This document shows, one piece after another, positions 52,887 to 64,000 of a stretch of 64,000 nt of DNA (position 1 is its first letter; every line of letters starts with the position of its first letter). The stretch spans positions 24,244,001-24,308,000 of the forward strand of contig NC_086109.1 in NCBI RefSeq assembly GCF_963921235.1, read 5' to 3'. The translations under genes were made by a program, and so were the position numbers. This DNA comes from Mobula hypostoma. Its lineage: Eukaryota. The notes beneath the pieces were generated by a model, which saw nothing but the letters and a program-made list of their open reading frames with translations, was not told where the DNA came from and did not search any database.

Positions 52887-55800
52887 CAGAGTAATAGTAC
52901 ACTACAGCACAGAAACAGTCCCTTCGGCCCATCTCATTCATGCCGAACCATTAATTTGCCTAGCCCCATCGACCTGCACCCGCATCATAGCCCTCCATAC
53001 TTCTCCCATCTTTTTGTCTGTCTAAATTTCACTTAAATGTTGAAATCGAACCTGCATCCACCACTTGTGCTGACAGCTCATTCCACACACCCACTACCCT
53101 CTGAGTGAAGAAGTTCCCACTCATGCTCCCCCTAAACCATGACCTCTGCTTGTAGTCTCACCCAGCCTCAGTTTGCTTGCATTTACCCTGTCTATATGCC
53201 TCATAATTTTGTGTACCTCTATCAAATCTCCCCTCAATCTTCTACTTTCCAGGGAATAAGGTCTTAACCTATTCAACCTTTCCCTATAACTCAGGTCTTC
53301 AAGTCCCGGCAACATCTTTGTAAATCTTCTCTGCACTCTTTCAATCTTACATCTTTCCTGTAGGTAGGTAACCAAAACTGCACACAATATTCCAATTTAG
53401 GGCTCATCAACATCTTATACAATTTCACTATAACATCCCAACTCCTGTACTCAATGCATTAATTTGCAAAGGCCAATTACAGACAGCTTTCTTCCCCCCC
53501 CCCCATCTACCCATGATACCACTTTCGAGGAATTATGAGTCTGTATTTCCAGATCCCTCTGTTCTACTGCAGTGCTCTGTGCTCTTCTGCTCACTGTATA
53601 AGACCTGTCCTGGTTGGTCCTCCCAAAGTGCAACGACACATACTTGTCTGCATTAAGTTCAATCTGCCGACTTTTGGTCTATTTTTCCAATTGGTCCAGA
53701 TCCTGCAATCTTTGATAGTCTTCTTCACTGTCCACTACACACCCAATCCACAAACTTGCTGATCCAGTTAACCACATTATCATCCCAATCATTGATATAG
53801 ATGACAAACAACAACAGACCCAGCACCGATCCCTGCGGCACACCACGAGTCACAGGCCTCCATTCAGAGAAGTAATCCTCTACTGCTACTCTCCGACTTC
53901 TCCTGTGAAGCCAACATCTAATCCAATTTACACAAAATGCTGGAGGGTAATCTGATGTAGGGTGTTGGCCTGAATCATCGATTGTTTACTCTTTTCCATA
54001 GATGCTGCTAGCCTGCTGAGTTCCTCCAGCATCTTGTGTGTGTTGTTGGATTTCCAGCTTCTGCAGATTTTCTCTTATTTGTCTAATCCAATTTACTACT
54101 TCACCTTGAGTGCCAAGCGACTGAGACTTTTAACTAACCAGCCATGCAAGATCTTGTCAAAGGCCTTGCTGAATCCAAGGAGACAACATCCACTGCCTTA
54201 CCTTCATCAACTTTCCTGGGAACCTCCTCGAAAAGCTCTCTAAGATTGTTTAGACATAACCTACCATGCATAAAGTCATGTTGACTATCCATAATCAGTC
54301 TCTGTCTATCCAAATACTTATACATCTGCTCCCTTAGAAAACCTTCCAATAACTTTTCCACTACTGAAGTCAACTCATCGGCCTATAACTTCCTGGCTTA
54401 TTCTTAGAGTCTTTCTTAAATAATGGAACAAGATTAACTATTCTTCAATTCTTCAGTACCTTACCCGTGTCTGAGGATATTTTAAATACCTTTGCTAGGG
54501 CCTCTGCAGTTTCTGTACTAGCATCCCACGGTGTCTGAGGCAACAACTTGCCAGGTCCTGGGGATACATTGCACCCTAATTTGCCTCAAGACAACAAACA
54601 CCTCATTTTCTGTACTCAGTATAGGGTCCATAAACTTGCTGCTGCTTTGCCTCACTTCTACGTACTGTACTCTGTGTCCATTGCCTGAGTAAACACAGAT
54701 GCAAAATAATCCACTTAAGATCCCCCGCCTCTCTTTCAGCTCAATGCATAGATCACTACCCTGGCCTTCCAGGGGACCAGTTTCATCCTTTGCTATCCTT
54801 TTGCTCTTAATATATCTGAAGAAGCCCTTAGGATTCTCCTTCACCTTGTCTGCTGGAGCAATCACATGCCTTCTTTTATCCTAATCGATTTCCTTCTTAA
54901 GTGTTCTCTTGCATTTTATGTACTATTCAAGTACCTCATTTGTTCCTACCTACCTATTCTTGCTATGCATATCCTCCTTTTTCTTAGCCAGGTCCTCAAT
55001 ACCTCTTGAAAACCAAGGTTGTCTTAACCTGTTATCTTTGCTTTTCATTCTGACAGGAACATATATATATTTTATTCTCAAAATTTCATCTTGGAAAGGC
55101 TCCCACCTTTGTCAGAAAACAATTTGTCCTAATCCACACTTGCCAGATCCTTTCTGATACCATCAAAATTGGCCTTTCTTCAATTTAGAATATCAACCCA
55201 AGGACCAGATCTATCCTTCTCCATAATTACCTTGAAACCAATGGGATTATGATCACTATATGCAAAGTATTCCCCTACACAAACTTCTGTCACCTGCCCT
55301 GTCTCATTCCCTAATAGGAGACCTACAATTGCACTCTTTCTGTTTGGGACTTCTATCTACTGATTAAGAAAACTTTCCTGAACACATTTGACAGACTCTT
55401 TCCCATCCATCCCTTTTACAGTATGGGAGTCATAGTCAATATGTGTAAAGTTAACATCATCAACTATCACAACCTTATCTTTCTTGCAACAGTCTGCAGT
55501 CTCTGTACAAATTTGCTCCTCTAAATCAAGAGGACTTTTGGGTGGTCTATAATATAATTGATATAATGTGGTCATACCTTGCTTATTCCTCATTTCTACC
55601 CGTAAAGCCTCTCTATTGTGGTCTCTATTCTGTCCTGTCAAAGCACTGCTGTGACATTTCCCCTGACTAATAATGCCACCCCTCCCCCTTTAATCACTCC
55701 TGTTCTATCATGCCTAAAACAACAGTACCCCGGAATATTGAGCTGCCAGTCTTGCCCTTCCTGCAACCAAGTCTCACCAATGGATACAGTGTCATAATTC

Positions 55801-57065
55801 CACATGCCAATCCATGCCCTAAGTTGATCCGTCTTTCCGACAATACTCGTTGGAGTGAAATATATGCAGCTCAGAACATTAGTTCCAACATACTCAACAT
55901 TTTGATTCTTGAGTTTGTACATACGTAGCCTTAGCCACATCTTTCTCCATAACCACTCACTATCTGTTCTGGGGCTCTGGCTCCCATGCCTCTGCAACTC
56001 TTGTTTTAACTCCCCCTGTCCCCATCCCATGCAGCAATGGCAAACCTTCCTACTAGGTTATTAATCTCCCTCAAACCATCCCTTCTGTGCAGGTTCCACC
56101 TTCCCAGGGAAAGAGCACAATGATCCAAATATCTAAGCCCTCCCTCCTGTACCATCTCCTTAGCTACATGTTAAGCTGTAAGATTTTCCTACTTTGTCCT
56201 CACTAACACGTAGCACAGGTAGCAATCCTGAGATCGCAACCCTGGAAGTCCTGTCCTTTAACTTAGCACCCAACTCCTTGAACTTCCTATGCGGAATCTC
56301 ATCATCCCTCCTACCCATGTCATTGGTACCCACATGGACCTTGGCCTCTGGGTGCTCACCCTCCTACTTAAGATGCTGTGGACTCGATCTGAGATGTCCC
56401 AGACCCTGGCAACTGGGAGGGAACATAGCATCAGGGAATCTCATTCTCATCCACAAAACCTCCATTGTTTCCCTAAGCAGTGAATCCCCTCTCACTACAC
56501 CTCTTTCTCCCCTTCCCTTCTAAGTCACAAAACCAGTGACCCCACTGCTGTGGCTCTGCTCTTGTAGGTCATCCCCCCAATAGTATCCCTAGTGATACAC
56601 CTGTTGTAAAGGGGAACAGCCATAGGGGTTCTCTGCACTGGCTGACTACCTCTTTCCCCCTCCTGACGGTCACCTAGTTACCTGTGTCTTGCACAATCTT
56701 GTATGTCCTATCAACCTTCAGCCTCCCAAATGATCCTAAGTTTATTCAGTTCCAGATCCAACTCCTTAATATGATCTGTTAGAAACAGCAGCTGGATGCA
56801 TTTCTTGCAGATGTAGTCAGCAGGGAACTGGAGGTCTCCCTGCCTTCCCACATCTTACAAGAGGAGCATTCCACTATCCTGCTTGGCATCCCCACTGCTG
56901 TAAATGTGCAATAAGAGAGAAAGAATAAATAACAAAAAAAAGTCTACATATGGACTACGCCTCTCCTTGCCAAAGCTTCAACTCCCTACTCTAACACTGG
57001 CTCTCTCACATAATGACCACTCCGCTTAAATCTAACTTCTTTTTATTGGATCTTGCCAAGTGCTT
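52887..57065 (-). mobile_element. Near-full-length decayed CR1 LINE (ORF1 zinc finger and SGNH esterase; ORF2 APE endonuclease and RT)
   Basis: ORF1 ATG at 56889 (MPSRIVECSSCKMWE..YICKKC) and VHVGTNDMGR at ~56310-56340; APE motifs ETWL..GY..FRHDR..KGGGVALLV and YYRPP; RT GVPQGSVLG; C-terminal IERVQRRFTKMLPGL; many frameshifts. Confidence 0.93.
53932..54081 (+). mobile_element. Short Penelope-like terminal remnant inserted in the CR1 RT
   Basis: Perfect 15-bp TSD tctaatccaatttac (53917-53931, 54082-54096); homologous to 2615-2809. Confidence 0.8.
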
Positions 57066-57084
57066 AAATATATATACAAATGGA

Positions 57085-57091
<7 letters not shown>

Positions 57092-57136
<45 letters not shown>
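57092..57136. repeat. (TG)n microsatellite
   Basis: Directly visible. Confidence 0.95.
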
Positions 57137-57142
<6 letters not shown>

Positions 57143-57310
57143 ATATATGTAGTGGAGGTTGATAGGTTATAGATTAGTCAGGGTGTCAAGGTTATGGAAA
57201 GAAGGGAAGAGAATGGGGTTGAGAGAGATATTAAAAGGGCTGTGATGGAATGGCAGAGCAGATTCAATGGGCTGAATGGCCTAATTCTGCTCCTGTCTTA
57301 TGGTCTAAAA

Positions 57311-57389
57311 CAGGGGTTTCTAACCTTTCTGTGCCATGGACCAACACCATTAAGCAAGGGGTCTGTAGACCCCTGACTGTGAACCACTG
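57311..57389. mobile_element. hAT MITE copy (decayed)
   Basis: Homologous to 14176-14255. Confidence 0.75.
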
Positions 57390-57854
57390 GTATAAGAGAA
57401 ATTTAGTAAGTGCCCCGCACAACAGCAACATGACAATTATACTCCAGCTGCCTTTTAGAGAAGAAAGAATGGAAAGTGCTGACTTAACTGACCTTGAAAA
57501 TACTAAGTAGAATTTTTAAAATGAGGCAGGGACTACTCAGCAGGGCTGTATGTCCTGATCTCCAGCCAATAATGAGACATACAAGTCGAGTGGGAACAGT
57601 GTCAGACTTGTAACTTGAAGACAACAAGAGGAATAGTCACAGATGCTCACAGGGGCTGAGAAATATCAGCTCAAAGCAGTTCCCAACACCCGTGGCACCT
57701 TGCGCAATGAGGATTTTACAACAGTGATTACAGCTTCTAAATTGTCATTAGAAACGGGACATTAATCACGTTTAAACACATTCATGCCAGGATCCCCATT
57801 AAAGAGAAAGCAAATCGAACTGTAGAGTGAATTTATGGACTCCCTGCTTAATGT

Positions 57855-58170
57855 GTGTCAGCCGTGGATCAGTGCCTAGCACTTTCACCTCTGAATCAGA
57901 AGGTTGTGTGTTTAAGTTCACTCTACAAAATTCAGCCTTTTACTTGCAGTAGTGAAGGGGTGTTAAATTGACAACTTTTAAATGACCAGTTAAAGCAAGA
58001 TTCTGTTTTTCCACATAGTTGGATATAACTAATTTCAATGTTCTCCCTGATATTCTGTCCCAATATGCATCTCATAAGATAGACTACCATATCATCACAT
58101 TAGCTTGGTCTTGATTCCTATCATAAAAATAGTGGTATTCATCCCTCGTAGGCACAGTTTATAACGTGCT
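57855..58170 (+). mobile_element. Ancient tRNA-headed Deu-domain SINE remnant
   Basis: gtcagccgtggatcagtg..agcactttcacctctgaatcagaaggttgtg head. Confidence 0.5.
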
Positions 58171-59819
58171 TTTCATTCTTTCTATGGAGATGACACGTCA
58201 CAATGACACAAAGACAGAGGAAGGCCGCAGCAGTGAAGTGTCCCCAGTCATTTTGCATTCCATGCCACTGGACCCTGACTGTGTGCTGGCTGCCCATGTA
58301 ACATCTTCCCCACATTAAACAAAGTCAAGTGCAGACGTTTTCCCTTAAGGGAATCCCAACCTCACATCCTGTGACAAAGTAGGTAGGATTATAAAGTCTG
58401 GCCCGCACTGCACTAGAATATATGGATCCCAGATCAGCCACCTGGAGACCCACTATCTATGGAGATCGGTTCTTCAAAAGACTGGAAGTTTGCACACCTA
58501 TCTACATACAGCCAAATATTTCCGAGATAGCATTTTGTTATTGGATGCCAAGTTCTCATGTAGTCTCAACACGAGATGCCTGACTCGATGAATTGCTCCT
58601 GCAGTTATTATTTTGCTCCAAAATACAGCATCTGCATTCTTGCGACTCTCCATTTTGTCATATGAAATCTTCTTCAAATGCTGAAAAGAAACCAATCCCC
58701 AACAGAGTTTCCCGCTCACAGCCAACACCCTCTTCCACTTTACATCCGGAATGCATTGTTGAAGTGGAATTATCACAGGTAAACTGGGATGTTGTTGACA
58801 CATACATACAGTACATCTCATGTATCCCCATGTGGGAGTAGGGCTGAGGAGGGGGAAAAGGATCAGCCATGATTGAATGGCGGAGCAGACTTGATGGACC
58901 AAATGGCCTAAATCTGCTCCTATGTCTTATGGTCTTATGGTATCAGCATGCTCAGGACCTATATACACGTACTCATATCCACACAGAAAAATGAACATCA
59001 GACCATCAGAAACCCAAGGTATCAGCCAAGGCTTTCCTTACCAAACCCCACAACCCAGGTGAGCATTCAAAGTTTGAATTCAAAGTTTGACATCTTAAAG
59101 GGAAATAATGAAAAATAACTTTTTGTCTGGTTCTGTATTTAACTGGGACATTTCTCCCTTTACTTCCAGATTTTTCCCTACAGCGAGTTAATCTTTCCTT
59201 CACTACGAACTCTGTCACAGGAGATCTGAAGTTATATGGAAAAGTTCCTTCAAAATTTAGGCAAACTTCATGCAAAATACAAGGCACAACTTAAACTCAT
59301 TAAGGAGAAATTATTGGTTATATCATACTACCTCCCCTGAACTTATGATATCCCACTGATCAAATGCTGATCTATATTAGCTACTAACAGTACTAAAATG
59401 CCTGCTTAAGCCACTTCTTCATAGCAGAGAAACCTTGAGCATTTACAGTGTAAAGGACGGTGATTGAGTATGATAATCATGATTCAGATCACAAACATCA
59501 GTTGACCGATGACACAGAAGGTCATTTGTTCAATGGCGCAATTTGAAAATATCAACCGTGTTGAATTATCACAAAGGATGTGCAATCCTTACAAGAATGA
59601 GTGTTGATTAAGGGCAGCCCTGCAGTTGCTTTTGTGAACAGTTTTCATTATTATGGAAGAAATAGGATGTCTATGCTACACCTCCTTTACGTTCATGCTT
59701 CAGTAGTGGGTCGGTTGTTAGTTTTCCTTAATCCATGGGTTCAAGAGCTGCTCTAGAGGTTTGAATGCAAGAATTTAGATTGACGGTCTATAGTGGCACA
59801 GTGCTGAAGGAGTGATTTC

Positions 59820-60105
59820 TTTTTTATTTAGAAATGCAGTGCAGAACAAGCCCTTCTGGTCCGATGAGCTATGCTGCCCAGCAACGCATCTGTTTAACCT
59901 TAGCCTAGTCACAGGAGAATTTACAATGAGCAAATAAGCCGTATATCTTTGGATTGTGAGAAGAAACCAGAGCACCTGGAGGAAACCCATATAGTCACAG
60001 AGAGGACTTACAAACTTCTTACAGATGCTGCCGCAATTGAACCCTGAATTCCCACGCCCCGAGCTGTAATGGCATGGTGCTAACTGCTACTCAACTGTGG
60101 CACCC
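59820..60105 (-). mobile_element. V-SINE-like SINE
   Basis: Conserved core and tail. Confidence 0.75.
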
Positions 60106-60325
60106 TTTTGAATAAGCAATAACTGTTCTCAAAGCTTGAATGTCAGAGATGTCATGGCATAATTTCAAAAAGTGCAGGATACTTGCATAGTTGGCCATTA
60201 TTTAACCCTTAATCAACTATATTAATAACCAATTTGGCCTTCATCAGACTGAAGTTTATAGCAGCTCTCCTCAGATTGACTCCTGCATTTCCGAACTTGC
60301 AAAGCTACCTCATTGGCTACAAAGG

Positions 60326-60516
60326 GGAGGGAACGTCGACTCAGACCATGAGAGGCCTGCATCGGGCATTTCCATGCCTTACAAGGCGCATATTGGAAGT
60401 CTGTGTGGGGCGCCACTCTTCGCACAGACACTAGAGCAATGTGTGGTTAAGTGCCTTGCTCAAGGGCACAAACACGCTGCCACAGCTGAGGCTCGAACTA
60501 GCGACCTGGCTCAAAC
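60326..60516 (-). mobile_element. 5'-truncated tRNA-derived SINE
   Basis: B-box-like gttcgagcc, then gtgcccttgagcaaggcacttaacc; 12-bp TSD tggctacaaagg (60314-60325, 60517-60528). Confidence 0.8.
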
Positions 60517-60821
60517 TGGCTACAAAGGTATTATATAGAAGTATTTTTTTGTTTGAATTTGCTTGGACATATGGGCTACACATTATTTGAAGCAGCATTT
60601 CAGTTCATCTTATTGTTTCAAAACCTATTCCACAGAACTCATTGACCTGCTGAGTTAATGATCAATGGAGAGCGTGAGATAGGGTATCGGAGTAGCATGG
60701 GGACACCGTTCTGCTAACAAATTTCCAGGTCAGTTGCAGAGTTCACTGCAAGAATTAACATTGGTTCAGAAACAACAGGGATATGTGATAAATGCTGGTA
60801 TTAATGAACAAAACAAGAAAA

Positions 60822-60914
60822 CAACACACATAAAAGTTGCTGGTGAACGCAGCAGGCCATGCAGCATCTCTAGGAAGAGGTACAGTCGATGTTTCGGGCC
60901 GAGACCCTTCGTCA
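60822..60914 (-). mobile_element. Penelope-like terminal fragment truncated at the hammerhead core
   Basis: Minus strand ugacga agggucucggccc gaaac auc gacug. Confidence 0.7.
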
Positions 60915-61854
60915 AGAAACCATATGCTTTGGAGCATTATCTGGGTAAATTGTCACATGATTTCAACACGACAAAGACCACTTCATTCCAATGTCCTTTC
61001 CTTCACTCATGCAGTAACTCTACCATCTTGTACCAGCCACAAGCTCCTCTGCTTTATAGTATCTTGAATGACATGCCACTTAATCAAGCCCAGTGTTGGC
61101 ATCAGTCTCAGATAACTTCAATAAACTTGTGAAAATAGTCTATATGAATGTTCTGTGGTAATTGGGATTCGCAGCATAACTTTGCGGATAATGAGAATAC
61201 ATAGCTCAAACTTGTTTGTCATAACACCTGAAATATTGTTAAACTTGTAGCAGACTGTGCACATCCTTGCCTACTGTCTTTTACCTTTGTGCATTTCTGA
61301 TGACAATCTTATGCTTCCCCTGAATACGACCTAATTCAAGGATCTATTACTTTATATATAACTCCATGCCAGTCATCTGTTGTTCTATGTTGAACTCCCT
61401 GCCATAAATTTTAAAACCTGAACATAATTTACTTGCATGCAGTTCTTGCTACTGGCTTATTTCCTTATACGTGACTCCCTTCCACAAGCCTATTACCACA
61501 TACAACTCCCAGCAGACATCTACAGCCTTGTATGGAACTCACTGGCTGGTACCTAATACCTTGCATGTAACATGCTAACAGGCATCTTCTGCATTGTGTA
61601 TGTAACCGCCAGCCTAAGGTCTACTTATTGTCTTGCATATAATTCAATGCCAAGCATCCATCTCCCTGAGCGTAACTCACTGTTGGATGTGGGTGTATAA
61701 ATTATTCCCTTACAGCCATGCATAGTGATTAAGCTAGTGGACCAGTATCCCCAGGGATGGACCATTAATCTAAAGTTATGGGTTCAAATAACAACAGTTT
61801 AGGAAAATTTAAATTCAAACTATGAAATGCATCTGAAATACAAAAAAAAGCATG

Positions 61855-62105
61855 TTTTTATTGAGATAAAGCATGGGGCCGTCTCTTTCGGCCCTTCATG
61901 CCGAGCCGCCCAGCAATCCTTCTATTTCATACTAGCCTAATCACAGGACAATTTACAACGACCACTTAACCTATGAACCAGTACGTCTTTGGACTGTGGG
62001 AGGCAACTGGAGCATCTGGGGGAAACCCACACGGTCATGGGAGGAACGTACAAACTCCTTACAGGCAGAGGCAGGGATTGAACTTTTGCAGCGGTAGCCA
62101 TGACT
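61855..62105 (-). mobile_element. V-SINE-like SINE
   Basis: Conserved core. Confidence 0.75.
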
Positions 62106-62594
62106 GAACCATATTCTTCAAAACCCACTGAGTTAATTAATATCTATCCGGACAGGAAATCTGCTGTCTTTATACAGAGTAACCAGCCGCTTTCTTCAGG
62201 CCAACCAATTTGATTGTCTCTTGACTGCCCCCTCAGCCAAGGGCAATTACGTACATTGTTTATGGAATACATACTAGCCAGGTTTATGAGTTCCTCATTC
62301 TGTCAATCAATAATCCAGGGAAAACTCCTTCCTAAGCATGGAATCACCTATGTGTATCCCCCCGCCTGATACTTATTGTCTTTAATGGAGCTATCTATCT
62401 ATTTAGGTTGTCGTTTAAAGTTAATTTGGATAGATATATGGACAGGAAGGGAATGGAGGGTTATGGACCGAGTGCAGGTCGGTGGGACTAGGTGAGAGTA
62501 GGAGTTTGGCACAGACTAGAAGGGCCAAGATGGCCTGTTTCCATGCTGTAATTGTTATATGGTTATATGGTTATTCATTCATTCATGTATTTGC

Positions 62595-62890
62595 TTGCTT
62601 ATTTATTTATTTAGAGATACAGTGTGGAACTGACCCTTTCAGCCCAACGAGCACACCACCTATCAACCAGCCTATTTTTAACCCTAGCCTAATCATAGGA
62701 CAATTTACAATGACCAATTAGCCTGCCAACTGGTACGTCTTGGACTGTGGGAGGAAACAGGAGCTCCCGGAGGAAACCCACGCGCTCACGCGAAGAATGA
62801 ACAAACTTGTTGCAGGCGGCACCATAATTGAACTGCGAGCTCTGACATCCAGAGCTGTAACAGCTTCGCGCTAACGGTGGTGCCCCTACA
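62595..62890 (-). mobile_element. V-SINE-like SINE (CpG-retaining, younger)
   Basis: Conserved core and tail. Confidence 0.8.
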
Positions 62891-64000
62891 GCTGAAGTTC
62901 ATGTGCTGTTCACGGCTCGCGGCTGTTGTTGCTCAAAACTGGCTGGGAAAGTTGGCATAACGGCTATGATTCTTTCCCTGCTGCTATTCACAGGCTGCGT
63001 GAACAGAGTCTGGGTGTGCATGTTTCTGCAATCGCATCTAAACAGCTCACAAATCATTTCAGTCTCTGTTAATTGAACTGGTCCACAAATACTCCCTGCA
63101 TTGTTGACGTATGATCTTTAAGCTTTTAATAGAGAAATGACTGTTCCCTGATGGCTCTGCTGGTTTATAACCAAACCATATCGATCAAACATGTGTTTAA
63201 CTGCACTGTGACAGCCCTGCACTTCAAAGGCAGTTCATTGTGTGAAGAGCATTAAAATATCTGGCTACGATGAAGCGCTGTATAAACAGAAGTATAAATG
63301 TTGTTGTTAAAGGAGCAGCAGACCCAGGTTCCATTCCCACCAATGTAAGCCTCGATTCTCCAAGGCAGGGTGGAGCAAATGTGCTTAGGATCCCAAGGGT
63401 CGGAAGTAAAGGGAAGTAATGGCCAAGACTCTCCCAATGGAGTTCTGCCTTCTGTGCCCTGATTGAAATCGAGCATATGGGAATGTCAAGGGAGAGCAGT
63501 AACAGGATTGGCTGTGTGATACATCAAATTGCAACCATCAAGCACCCCCATCCCTCTTCCGTGGTGAGGTACCCTGTCACTACACATTAACCAATGCATT
63601 CTCATGGTGAAACAATAATGGTAACTGACACTCAGTGTCACACTTACCCACTGGGGATTAGCACCTTCGCAAGAACAGGCTAACTCAAGTGGTATTCAAA
63701 ATTATGAGGGGGGGATTCCAGACAGACTAAATAATAGTGAATTATTTCCTTGGCCAGAGGGTCAGTAACCAGAGAACACAGATTTAACGTAATTGATTGA
63801 CCCCTTTATTCTGATCAACTTAATTTTTCTGAGGAGCAAGTTCTTGTGTTTGGGGATGCGTTGCCCAGAGTACTCACAGAAGCGGACTCAAAAGGTAACC
63901 TTCAGCAGCAAATTCTTGGAAAAGGAAAAGGTCGGTTAATCGAGAAGGAAATAATAAGTAAATTCTTATAAATGGACTAAGTAGTCTGGTAAACTGTGCA

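Noticed and set aside
61290..61710. CRISPR-like repeat-spacer array
   Set aside because: No conserved repeat unit and no cas genes, in a eukaryotic intron

Overview
Vertebrate genomic DNA. The repeat landscape (CR1, L2, Rex1/Babar, RTE, Penelope-like elements, V-SINE-like and Deu-domain SINEs) points to a cartilaginous fish, probably a ray; this is an inference. The only host coding sequence I can support is one minus-strand exon, the first coding exon of FOXP4 (exon 13842-14025, CDS 13842-14015). Positions 1-13841 are the following intron, and the next exon (ALQ...ARQ) was not seen. Positions 14026-64000 are most likely the large upstream intron, since no CpG-island promoter is visible. The rest consists of transposon fossils and repeat-free blocks that look like conserved non-coding elements. 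The fossils include a near-full-length decayed CR1, a dead IR/DR Tc1 with a nested Penelope-like element, Rex1 fragments, ~80-bp hAT MITEs and SINEs. I found no convincing new gene system. The most notable signals are minimal hammerhead-ribozyme motifs in Penelope termini (one with an intact core, sense to FOXP4), a ~500-bp Penelope-derived hairpin, a template-switch junction, and candidate alternative splice sites. Repeat boundaries are approximate and were read by eye.
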